From: an uncultured Planctomycetia bacterium
GTDB taxonomy: Bacteria > Planctomycetota > UBA8108 > UBA1146
Direction: 5' to 3'
NCBI GenBank assembly: GCA_964422295.1
Contig: CAYRAM010000001.1
Coordinates: 135,448-199,447 of the forward strand
DNA length: 64,000 bases
Shown: one piece after another, positions 46,304 through 55,399 of the stretch
Layout: the number at the start of each line of letters is the position of its first letter
How positions within the stretch are numbered: position 1 is the first letter of the stretch
Position numbers and translations under genes: made by a program
Notes under the pieces: generated by a model
The model's input: the letters and a program-made list of their open reading frames with translations, nothing else
What the model was told of the DNA's origin: nothing
The model's database searches: none

Positions 46304-46953
46304 CGATTCTGTTTCCCCAGCATTTCGCCTTGTGGGCCCAGTATTAAGTGTCGGTTTCCCGCTACGGGAGTCTCGCTTCCACGGTAGGTGTACGTTACCA
46401 AGCCATCTGCGGCGAGGGTCACCCGAGCATTCTTGTAGGTCCAGACAAAGCTCCCATCCGGTCCCTGCTCTTCGACGACAGGATCGCTGTCGTCACCAAA
46501 ACAAGTGATCTCAAGGAGACCCTGTTGGCGCCAAAAAGGAAGGTCTTCCGTTGGAGGAGTATAAACCCAAATGATGCTGTCGGTGTCCCAGCGGAAAATG
46601 GATGTACCGATTTTGAAACGGTTTCTGTCACGATAGACGCGCACATTTTTTACTTCGACAAAGTCCTTACGATCGGAGTGTCCAAACACAGGATCAACTT
46701 CTTCGTTCCCTGTTGGAAGTTGGAATCGAAATCTCATCCCGCCGTAGTAGAGAGTGGGACTCCAATTGATTTCTTCCTTTTGGAGACTTCCCCGTCTTGT
46801 CAGTTCATCGGTTGAAGCGGTAAATCTGTTTGAAATTTCCCCAGGGGACTTCTGTACATTTTGGCAGCCTGCACTTCCGTGAAGACAGAGGAGAACCAAT
46901 AACGGTAGCGCCGGCCGCAGGTCGGATCGTGAATAGGTGAGGCAGCTGGACAC
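46300..46953 (-). CDS. Lipoprotein, function unknown
   Basis: Signal peptide + 'SAGCQN' lipobox. It overlaps rlmN by 4 nt. Confidence 0.45.
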   Translation of the reverse strand: MSSCLTYSRSDLRPALPLLVLLCLHGSAGCQNVQKSPGEISNRFTASTDELTRRGSLQKEEINWSPTLYYGGMRFRFQLPTGNEEVDPVFGHSDRKDFVEVKNVRVYRDRNRFKIGTSIFRWDTDSIIWVYTPPTEDLPFWRQQGLLEITCFGDDSDPVVEEQGPDGSFVWTYKNARVTLAADGLVTYTYRGSETPVAGNRHLILGPQGEMLGKQNR

Positions 46954-46962
46954 CGTAAACTC

Positions 46963-47400
46963 CTATCGGCGAGAAAGGGATTTCCTTTCGCCATGGAGCG
47001 CCATCTCAGCACGAATTTGCCGGAGTTGATACCGTAGTTTTTGTTGTTCACTCTTTGGTTGACCCAAAAATGCTCGGAATTGCTGATCGGTCAGAATCCC
47101 GGCAACAGTCATCAGGAATTCGCCCTGATCGATGGGATCACCTTCGAGAGCCTTTTCCTCGATAAAAAGGTTGCGGACTGCACGCAGTGCGGTGCGCTGG
47201 TCATCCCCGAGATCGAGTCGATCGATCTTCAAGTATAGATCCTGAATTGGACGGGGTTCCATTCGGTCAAAACTGTTTGCCATCAGGCAAACAGTCGTGA
47301 TGGATAGCAGACAAATGGAAACGAATTTTCGACGACGGGATCCGAAAAAGCGTGTAACCAATGAAACATGGTTAATCGGTAGTGACTTTGGCATCAACAC
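46963..47400 (-). CDS. Signal-anchored periplasmic protein with LTxxQ-like motifs (Spy/CpxP-like?)
   Basis: 'LGDDQRTALRAV' and 'ILTDQQFRAFL' resemble LTXXQ-family repeats. This is a weak call. Confidence 0.4.
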   Translation of the reverse strand: MLMPKSLPINHVSLVTRFFGSRRRKFVSICLLSITTVCLMANSFDRMEPRPIQDLYLKIDRLDLGDDQRTALRAVRNLFIEEKALEGDPIDQGEFLMTVAGILTDQQFRAFLGQPKSEQQKLRYQLRQIRAEMALHGERKSLSRR

Positions 47401-47938
47401 GACCCTTCAGGGTCAGCAGGGCGGCGGCAACGCCCAGCATCAGATTACACGAAATTGATAATTTAAAAATGGCAATTTCGTCACTGTGGCTGTCTTCACT
47501 TTTGACCCCACTCCATGGGGGTGGTCACCGATCGCCGCCACATCATCTTGACGACTCCATTGAGGACATGCTGGCGGATCATTCCGGTGGCCGGATTCTG
47601 AGCAGCAGACAGAACAACTCCACCGATAAACCGGTACCGGTGTTGAGAACGCTTGTCGGGCACTTCGCTGACAGTGTGGGCAGATCTGCAACTGGTAGAT
47701 GTTACAGAAGTGAAACCATTGTGCGAGTGACGCAAACCTGTGGGCACTAAACTCTTTGACGATTTCCATCAAACCTGACTCCTTCCAAGGTCGGGATTGA
47801 AGATTGCGGCCTTGCGGCTGAAGGCACGCACTTCCATACCAAGCAATGGACGTGCCAATCCATAATTCCATTCAAATGAGCCTGTATCCCTGCATTGCGC
47901 CAGAATGAGGTAGGGCGAGGATCGGAATCTTAAAGCAG

Positions 47939-49027
47939 GTGACACAAATTCACGCATCCCTGATGGGGTCGGATGTGGTCACTGCCTCGATGAGGAGAGT
48001 GGATTCAGGTCTTCCTCTGCAGGAGCCTGCTGCCTCGGATAAGGGGGCATCGGTGATGGAAGAATCAGAAACGGATCACGCAGAGTTGCCCACAGCCCAT
48101 GAATCAGCGAATTCCGATGATGAGGCATCGATTTCCCAGGATGAGTTTGCAAGAAGCAGTGAACCCGCGATTTGGCGAAGAAGCGCCGAAGATTGGCCTT
48201 CCGGTTTTACGGACTTGGGAGACGGACAGCCGAAATCTCTGTGGAGAATGGGGCCGATCAAGATCGGGGAGCGCAAAGTTGTGGCCATCGTCGGATCGAG
48301 GAGGTCGACCGTTGCCGGGCTGGTTCGTGCCCGGGCACTCGGAGAGAAGTTGTCAAAGATGGGGATCAGCGTGATCAGTGGCTTGGCGCGAGGCATCGAT
48401 TCGGCCGCTCTGTCAGGAGCCTTGCAAGGGGCTGCTCCGGCGATCGCAATACTGGGTAATGGATTGCCGAGGATTTACCCGCCAGAAAATCATTCGCTGG
48501 CGGAGGCGATCATCGATCATGGGGGAGGAGTGGTGACAGAGTACCCCTCCTCCGCACCACCGAGAGCGGCCCACTTCCCCCAAAGGAACCGGTTGATCAG
48601 TGCGTGGGCAGAGACGGTGGTCGTCGTCGAGGCAACGAGTCGATCGGGATCACTGGGGACCGCTCACCGGGCCTTGGAGATGGGGAGGTCGGTTCTGGCC
48701 TTTCCCGGGTCTGTCGAATCAGGGGAATACGGGGGATGCCATGCTCTGATTCGTGAAGGGGCCCATTTGGTCGAAAACGTCGATGACGTGACCGAGGTGA
48801 TACTGGAACAACGACAGCCAGGGGAACACTCGAGTGAGAAACGGCAGTTGGCCCGGCTCTGGAAATTGTGTGGAGAATCGGGGGAATCGCCACACCCCCC
48901 CGGGCCTGAAGCCCTGGATTTGTTACAGCAGCGGACCGGTTGGTCCGCTGCTTACCTCCTGCAGGTTTGGTGGAAGTGGCAGGAGCACCATCGTCAGCAG
49001 ATCATTTCCGATCAGGGGCACGGATAA
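47939..49027 (+). CDS. dprA: DNA-processing protein DprA (Smf)
   Basis: 'RKVVAIVGSRRST..G...A..LGEKLSKMGISVISGLARGIDSAA...IAILGNGL..IYP.ENHSLAEAIIDHGGGVVTEYP' is the DprA Rossmann-like core. The N-terminal ~70 aa is atypical, so the start may be downstream. Confidence 0.85.
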   Translation: MTQIHASLMGSDVVTASMRRVDSGLPLQEPAASDKGASVMEESETDHAELPTAHESANSDDEASISQDEFARSSEPAIWRRSAEDWPSGFTDLGDGQPKSLWRMGPIKIGERKVVAIVGSRRSTVAGLVRARALGEKLSKMGISVISGLARGIDSAALSGALQGAAPAIAILGNGLPRIYPPENHSLAEAIIDHGGGVVTEYPSSAPPRAAHFPQRNRLISAWAETVVVVEATSRSGSLGTAHRALEMGRSVLAFPGSVESGEYGGCHALIREGAHLVENVDDVTEVILEQRQPGEHSSEKRQLARLWKLCGESGESPHPPGPEALDLLQQRTGWSAAYLLQVWWKWQEHHRQQIISDQGHG

Positions 49028-51489
49028 GTGGGGCAATCGAGTGCGTCGTCGGTGGGATCCGATCCACACTGCAGGGGGGGTGGCAGGGGACCCGCGGATC
49101 CGAACAGATACGACAGGACACGAATGGCATCGGCGATGTCGATGAGGCCGTCATCATTGGCATCGAGTGCATCGTCACAGTCGATGGGGGTTTCCCCCGA
49201 AAAGAGGATTCCCAACAAGGCGATGGGATCGCCGATATCAATGGCCCCATCCGCATTGGCATCTCCGCGCGTGAATATTTCCGAGATGAAGATGACGACG
49301 GTTGCACCCTGCGTTTCCGGGGTCACCGATGCTCCTGAAACGGTTGCGAGCACATTTTGGACTGTGGGTTGTCCCAGGGTATTGACGAAATCGAGATATG
49401 GAAGCTGTGTTGGCAGCAACCCGGAGTATTCGATGGTCGCCACAGGAATACTGTTTTCGAAAGACAGGTTCTCCTGAAGGGTGAAATCGACGAGGCAAGC
49501 GATGGTGACGCCGTCGATCAGGATTGCAGTTTCAAAGAAGTCGGGGCCTGTATTGTTGCCGAGAGCAGCAAGAGAGTCACTGATCGTGACAGCGGTTGCC
49601 GTCAGGGAAGTGGCGTCATGACCGATTCCCATCGAGAAACCTGCGCAGAGAATTGGCGCACCTGAGGTCTGGAAGATTTCCGGTGTTGCCGAAAGTTCAT
49701 TTCCAGCTGAACTGGTGATCTGCGGGATGCGGTAGACAAAAGGTGAGGTGGTCGGAGGGGTGACCTCTACGGTCGTGGAGGCGTTCTCCATCAATGTTCC
49801 GAAATCAGGACCTTCGATATCCGCAAGCGGCAATCCCAAACCATCGGTCTGCCAATTTTTGTCAGCGACCATCTGCCGGGGTGCACGGCGGTAAATCAAT
49901 CGTGCTTCAACCGAAACTGGACTGACGGTCCCACTGAGATCGAAACTGATCTGGGTGAGGTCCGATGCCAAGGGTGCAATTCGATTGTCAAGCACGATGG
50001 AGTCTGCCTCGGTGAACAGAACGTTTTCAGTCCCACTGGCGTCACGATTGATTTTGGCGAAGACTTTTCCGGGCAATCCGGCAAAGAACCCTTGGGCGGG
50101 ATCACCGATTCCACCCAGGGGATTGATGATATCCCCGGAAGATTGTGATAACGCGGTTCCGTTTGAGTCTGTGGCAATGACACGGAGCACCATATTTCTC
50201 AGCGTGACTCCGCTTGGAACTGCATGTCCGGTCTGATCATTGAGTATCTCGGCTGAAACTTGTAACTCATCGCCGACCTGGATCGCATTGAGAGTGAGTG
50301 TGACCGCATTTTCAAGAAAGATGGGAGTTGTTCCCTGGATGTCGTGTCCGTGAACCGTGGACGGATCTCTGAGAAGTGGTGGGAAGAGGGCAGAGCAGGC
50401 ATCCACCGGTTCGCTGGCAAAGGGAGTCATGTGGCAATCAACGCAGGTTTGGTAGAGAGGATCTGAAGGATCGCCGTAGGGGGAGCTCAGCCATTCCGAG
50501 TAGGTCTCCTGAGCAGGAATGCTGGAGGCCTCATTAAAGTCATTGTCGTGGTCGGGATCATTGTTGTACTCATGGCAAACCGCGCATGCTTCAGCGGCCA
50601 ATTGGGGCTGAAAGCTGCCGCGCATTTGATTCTGCACCACAAAGTCGACATCGCCGAGGAGACCGTACATCACCTGATCGATGAGACCACTGGAATCGGG
50701 TCTCTGAACGGTAACCGCACCGGGGATGAATCCCGTCGCATCCAATTGGTTTTCATCCACGTGAGCGATTTTGTGACAGGTCTCACAGGAAACTCCCCGC
50801 TCTTGAGCTTCGGTGGGAGGGCCTGACAGGGGAGCGAGTGGCGAGAATGGTTGTGCGATCCAGCCTTCGGGCTGGTGACACGAAGCGCAGCTTCCATCAG
50901 GTGCGACCCCGGCATGGATGGAATCGCGGAGATAGACGAATCCACCATTTCCACCTGCTGTTCCCGTGCCGTCAAAGAGGTCGTAAACCCAGGTATTCAA
51001 ACCGGTGTGGGACATTCGTGAATCCGCCCACTGCTCATATTGCACCGGATGGCAGATGGCACATTGGAATGGGGTCACAAAATTGTAGTTGGGATCGTCT
51101 TCAGGGTTGACGGGATCGAGCGCGATCACCACCGATGTTTGAGGTGTGTTTACCGTGACAGGTGCATTGAAGTAACCCTTGTGGGCTCCAACTATCTTCA
51201 ATCCCAATCCTGAAACGGAAGGCAGCGAAAAAGTTCCATCGATGGCTGATTCTGTACAAATCGTCGTTGCCTGGAGGGTGACTTTTGCTCCTGATAGCGG
51301 ATCACCCGTGGCTGAGTTGATCACCGTTCCACTGACTTGGGCATCCACCGATTGCAAAGTCGGGCCGCAATTGAGGATCAAAATTGTTGCCACGTAGATC
51401 CAGGGCAGCCTGCCGATAAGACCCTTGGAATGGGGGTTTGAACGAAGTGTTGGGATGACGAATCGGTACACGCCTGCTCCTGATTGCAA
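49012..51489 (-). CDS. Secreted multiheme (5x CxxCH) c-type cytochrome with N-terminal CarboxypepD_reg-like domain and C-terminal dockerin-type repeats
   Basis: Five heme motifs are present: CAICH, CASCH, CETCH, CAVCH and CVDCH. The N-terminus 'VSGTVINSATGDPLSGAKVTL...DGTFSL' matches the CarboxypepD_reg pattern. The C-terminus 'GDANADGAIDIGDPIALLGILF...DANDDGLIDIADAIRVLSYLFG' is a dockerin-type Ca-binding repeat pair. Confidence 0.75.
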   Translation of the reverse strand: MQSGAGVYRFVIPTLRSNPHSKGLIGRLPWIYVATILILNCGPTLQSVDAQVSGTVINSATGDPLSGAKVTLQATTICTESAIDGTFSLPSVSGLGLKIVGAHKGYFNAPVTVNTPQTSVVIALDPVNPEDDPNYNFVTPFQCAICHPVQYEQWADSRMSHTGLNTWVYDLFDGTGTAGGNGGFVYLRDSIHAGVAPDGSCASCHQPEGWIAQPFSPLAPLSGPPTEAQERGVSCETCHKIAHVDENQLDATGFIPGAVTVQRPDSSGLIDQVMYGLLGDVDFVVQNQMRGSFQPQLAAEACAVCHEYNNDPDHDNDFNEASSIPAQETYSEWLSSPYGDPSDPLYQTCVDCHMTPFASEPVDACSALFPPLLRDPSTVHGHDIQGTTPIFLENAVTLTLNAIQVGDELQVSAEILNDQTGHAVPSGVTLRNMVLRVIATDSNGTALSQSSGDIINPLGGIGDPAQGFFAGLPGKVFAKINRDASGTENVLFTEADSIVLDNRIAPLASDLTQISFDLSGTVSPVSVEARLIYRRAPRQMVADKNWQTDGLGLPLADIEGPDFGTLMENASTTVEVTPPTTSPFVYRIPQITSSAGNELSATPEIFQTSGAPILCAGFSMGIGHDATSLTATAVTISDSLAALGNNTGPDFFETAILIDGVTIACLVDFTLQENLSFENSIPVATIEYSGLLPTQLPYLDFVNTLGQPTVQNVLATVSGASVTPETQGATVVIFISEIFTRGDANADGAIDIGDPIALLGILFSGETPIDCDDALDANDDGLIDIADAIRVLSYLFGSAGPLPPPLQCGSDPTDDALDCPTYPCP

Positions 51490-51688
51490 GGAGGCCCTTA
51501 TTATCGGACCCGAAGGGTTTCACAATTTAATGGTAACGCTGCCCGGGACCCCTGGCGGGGGAATGGAGTCCACACGGTAAATATAGCCGAGTAGCCGTCG
51601 ATATGGGAAGCGGCAGACTGCCGAAATTTGCAGAAAATCGTAGAATTCAGGGGAACAGGAGTGGTTTCGGTTCCCCGACAGGAGTTCT

Positions 51689-54600
51689 GTGGCTGCCCAT
51701 CCGGGAGACACCGGCGAAGCCGGGATGTCCGATCGCTTTGAGCCTATTCGACTTCTCGGTCGGGGGGGAATGGGAGAAGTGTGGCAGGTTCGTGATTCCC
51801 TCACCGGTGAGGAAGTCTCACTGAAACGGGTATCTGCGGCCCAAGCGAAAACTCCCATCGGTCAGAGGCTGCGCAGAGAGTATTTGAATCTGCAGCAGTT
51901 GCGCCACCCAGCCATCCTCGAAGTAAAAAATTATGCAGAGAATCCTGTCACCGGTGAAGCCTGGTTTTCCAGCGAAGTGCTTCGGGGGCCGAGTTCGACC
52001 GATCTATCAGGAACATTGAATTTCCACAGATGGTTACAATTATCGGCGGGATTCCTTCGATCATTGGCGTTCCTCCATCGAAACGGTTGGGTACACGGGG
52101 ACATCAAGCCTGACAATATTCGTCTCAGGAGTCCGGTGGGTTCACAGCCGATGGACCCGGTCCTTCTCGATTTTGGATTAACACGCAGGGAACACCTTCC
52201 TGCAGAAGAAAAGATTCTCGGGACACCCCAATCGATGGCTCCGGAACAATGGCTCGGTCAGCCTCCCGATTTCCGTAGTGATGTCTACTCTGCGGGGATA
52301 TTGCTCTTCCACTGGTGGACGGGCAGGTTTCCCTTTGAAGATGTCTCCAAGCCTCTTCTCAGCAGTGCCCACCTTCATGATGAGATTGTTGATCCTGGTT
52401 CATTGCGAAGCGGGTTGCCCGTCGAAGTCTCAGGGATACTGCTGAAGATGTTGGCGAAGAGGCCCGATGATCGACCGTCAAATGCTGGCGAAGTCCTGTC
52501 AACTTTGGCGACGACACTCGACGAAGAAGTGAATGAGAAGGCGGAAACCGTAGCCTCCTTACTGTCTCAGATCGAGTATGCGGGAGTGGGGGAGGCTCCA
52601 GTCAGGGAACTGCAGGATGCGCTATTGCAATGGGTAGGTTCTTCTGCAGAACAAGAGTCGCTCATCCATTTGCATCGAAATGACGCCGACCGAAAAATCA
52701 TCGTGGATCGGGTAGTTGGTATTCTGCAAAGCAGGGGCATCGGTGTTGTTACCCTCAAGGGTTGCTCTACAGAGCCATTTTTTGAATTGTCACGCAGTAT
52801 CGATCGTACGTGGAAAAAAATAGTCGTTCTCGTGAGAGATCCGGAACTCGGAAATTCGGAATGGCAAAAGCTACTCCAAATTCGCCAATGGAAATCATCG
52901 CGTCTTCATTGGTGGATCAGTTCCAGGGAAACCCCAGCGGGTTTCTTTGGCCAGGCTCTCTCTGTCTGTCACTTGAGGAAGATCTCCACTGACGCATCTG
53001 TGCTTCCGGAATTGGATGAGTTTGTTGAGAACGCTTTGCCTGGCTGTCAGCTTTCTTCCCGGGTGCGTGGTCGACTTCAATCATGGGGCCAAGACCAACC
53101 CGGGATGTGGCGCAGAATTCTCCGCGGGCGCATCAAATCTGGGGAATTGAATCATGATGGTCAGCGATGGATCTGGCGAGAGAATCAGCTTCCTGTGGAA
53201 GATTGTTGGCGCAAAAGGGCACAGCAAGAAGCGTCCACTCTCTCCGATTCAAGCGGCAGGATTTTGGCCGCCTTGGCGGTATTGGGAAAGCCTGGGTCGG
53301 TCGCTGAAATTTCAACGTTGGTGGAGCTGCCCTCGGGAGAATTGCCGGTTCGAATCGCAGAACTGGCTGCCCAGAAGTGGTTGAGAGTGGGGCGCAGGAT
53401 TCAATTTGTTGAGCCATTTCAGCAGGATGCAATTCTTGCCGCACTGGATGCTGGGGAGCGAAAAGAGATTCATGCCCGCGTAATCCAACTGAGTCATGAA
53501 GATCGACTGGAGAAAGCGCACCATCAATTGAGTGCAGGGAATGCCATTGGTGCTGCAGAGACCTTACGGCCATCTCTGAGAGAGGTTGAGCAACCGAAAT
53601 CTTTGGAAGAAGCCCTTCGCTGGGTCCCATTACTTTCTTCTCTGGTTCAATTGCTGCCGCAAGACTCACGGGGTGTCTGGTTGGAAATGCTGGGACAGAT
53701 GGAAGATCGATTGGGCCATTCGGCACTTCGCGACCATGCGTGGAGGGAGGCAGAAAGATGTTATCAATCAGGGTCCAGAGAGGCGTTACGTTTGACCCGT
53801 TGGCGAGCCTCAGTATATCGCAGAGATGGAGAATCTCGGAAAGCATTGGCTTGCATCGAAGGCATTGCCCGCCAAGAGATTGATTTTTCAAATTCACAGG
53901 TGATGGAGGAGGCGATCCTCGTCGCTCTGGAGTTTTCACGGATACAAAGGGGCCTCGCCAGGCAAGGCTTGGGAAAGTTGCCAAAAAAAGATCCATTGGC
54001 GGAGTGGATACCGCGCTGTCGTGGTGCGATGAGAGTTTCACTAATTCTTGAACAGTGCCGTCGGTACTTGCTACAGGGGAGCCGTCTGAGAGCACGCGAT
54101 CATGCGCGGATTGCCCTCGGTGAGAGCAGTATTGCCCGAGTCAACTGTGAAGCGATGAGCCTCCTTGCGCGTGCCAATGGAGATTTGCCATCCCTTCGCC
54201 TCTGGAGCAAGCTCCACGGATTCCTCGCGCGCAAAGAGAATCGACACGAAGCCGCCACGGCTGCAGAGGTCGACGCTGTGGAGGCTCTACAACGGATGGG
54301 TGAATCCCCCCGGATCGGAACAGAAATTCACAGTTTGATCGAAAGGGCGCGAAAAGAGTGCCCCGCTCAGTTGCCCAGGGCCCTCTTGGTTCGTGCCCGA
54401 GAGGAATCTGGAAGGGGGTTTATCCGTTCAGCGGCGAGGGATCTAGAAGAGGCGATGTCGTTGGAGGGGCCTGCAGGAATCGTCGCGTGGGAAGGAAATC
54501 TTTTGGTGGCCGCATCGGAGTGGGTTGCCGGAAGGACTGCAACTGCCATCAAAATCCTCGAGGCGGCCAAGCCGGACTGGGCTCCCCATGAGCCTGAGCG

Positions 54601-55321
54601 TATCGACGTGCATGCCCGTCATGCCATTCTCCGAAGTCGGTGTGTCAGATCTTTAGGAGAATTATCGGGGAGCTTGTTTGTGATCGATCACGCCTTAGCG
54701 GATCTGCGCATGAGAGGCACTGAGCAGGACCTGGTTTCATTGCGCTGGGAACGAATCGCATTGCTTCGATTGTTGGGGAGGGATTCCCTGGCTCGTATGG
54801 AGGAGAGCAAGTTAAAGGGATTGACTTCACTGGAGCCGGGGTTGGACCCCGAGCCTGCGGGATCCCGAAGGGCAGAGGTGACTTTTAGGGATTTGGTGCG
54901 CGGCTTTGGTCGTTCTATCGATGAGGAGGATTGGAACTCTCGCTTGGAGGGGGTGGCACTCGATGCTCTGAGACTGAGGGCCCAGCCGCTTTCGCTGCGC
55001 ATTCAGTTGGCAAAATTGTTGTCGACACCTCATCCGGATTCCGAATCGTTGGCACGCCATTGTTGGAAGAAAGCGGTGCGATTGGAGACTCGGGAAGCAA
55101 GGGCTCTTGTTTTGGGTTTTTGGGCTCGTGTACGCAGAGAGCAGGGAGATCTCAAATCTGCACAGATCCTTCAACTTGCAGCGGAGCGGGAATTGGATCG
55201 CTGGTATCAGAGGTCCCCTTCGGGAAGCGTTCAGGCGGCGATCGCAGAATGGTTGGGGATTGAAGAGGGATCTCTCCGAATTAGTTCGGCGATGGGTGGC
55301 CGAAACAACCTCCTGACGTAG
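51689..55321 (+). CDS. Ser/Thr protein kinase with ~900-aa C-terminal helical (TPR/STAND-like) region
   Basis: 'LLGRGGMGEVWQV...VSLK', 'HRNGWVHGDIKPDNIRL', 'DFGL' and 'GTPQSMAPEQ' are Hanks-type kinase subdomains I to VIII. Confidence 0.85.
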   Translation: MAAHPGDTGEAGMSDRFEPIRLLGRGGMGEVWQVRDSLTGEEVSLKRVSAAQAKTPIGQRLRREYLNLQQLRHPAILEVKNYAENPVTGEAWFSSEVLRGPSSTDLSGTLNFHRWLQLSAGFLRSLAFLHRNGWVHGDIKPDNIRLRSPVGSQPMDPVLLDFGLTRREHLPAEEKILGTPQSMAPEQWLGQPPDFRSDVYSAGILLFHWWTGRFPFEDVSKPLLSSAHLHDEIVDPGSLRSGLPVEVSGILLKMLAKRPDDRPSNAGEVLSTLATTLDEEVNEKAETVASLLSQIEYAGVGEAPVRELQDALLQWVGSSAEQESLIHLHRNDADRKIIVDRVVGILQSRGIGVVTLKGCSTEPFFELSRSIDRTWKKIVVLVRDPELGNSEWQKLLQIRQWKSSRLHWWISSRETPAGFFGQALSVCHLRKISTDASVLPELDEFVENALPGCQLSSRVRGRLQSWGQDQPGMWRRILRGRIKSGELNHDGQRWIWRENQLPVEDCWRKRAQQEASTLSDSSGRILAALAVLGKPGSVAEISTLVELPSGELPVRIAELAAQKWLRVGRRIQFVEPFQQDAILAALDAGERKEIHARVIQLSHEDRLEKAHHQLSAGNAIGAAETLRPSLREVEQPKSLEEALRWVPLLSSLVQLLPQDSRGVWLEMLGQMEDRLGHSALRDHAWREAERCYQSGSREALRLTRWRASVYRRDGESRKALACIEGIARQEIDFSNSQVMEEAILVALEFSRIQRGLARQGLGKLPKKDPLAEWIPRCRGAMRVSLILEQCRRYLLQGSRLRARDHARIALGESSIARVNCEAMSLLARANGDLPSLRLWSKLHGFLARKENRHEAATAAEVDAVEALQRMGESPRIGTEIHSLIERARKECPAQLPRALLVRAREESGRGFIRSAARDLEEAMSLEGPAGIVAWEGNLLVAASEWVAGRTATAIKILEAAKPDWAPHEPERIDVHARHAILRSRCVRSLGELSGSLFVIDHALADLRMRGTEQDLVSLRWERIALLRLLGRDSLARMEESKLKGLTSLEPGLDPEPAGSRRAEVTFRDLVRGFGRSIDEEDWNSRLEGVALDALRLRAQPLSLRIQLAKLLSTPHPDSESLARHCWKKAVRLETREARALVLGFWARVRREQGDLKSAQILQLAAERELDRWYQRSPSGSVQAAIAEWLGIEEGSLRISSAMGGRNNLLT

Positions 55322-55399
55322 AATCTCACGGAGATGGAGGACCCGCAATGATGGCGGGTCGCGAAGCGGGAGGCTTTGAGCCCCTGAAGGGAAACACCT

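Noticed and set aside
47400-47939. 540-bp divergent intergenic region with Cys-containing small ORFs (e.g. 47440..47871 minus, 'ICPHCQRS…WSCSVCC')
   Set aside because: The ORFs overlap each other on opposite strands. They lack RBS context and recognisable domains. The region is more likely a promoter for divergent dprA and the LTxxQ-protein operon.
53133-54095. 320-aa minus-strand ORF
   Set aside because: Antisense inside the Ser/Thr kinase gene. Shadow ORF.
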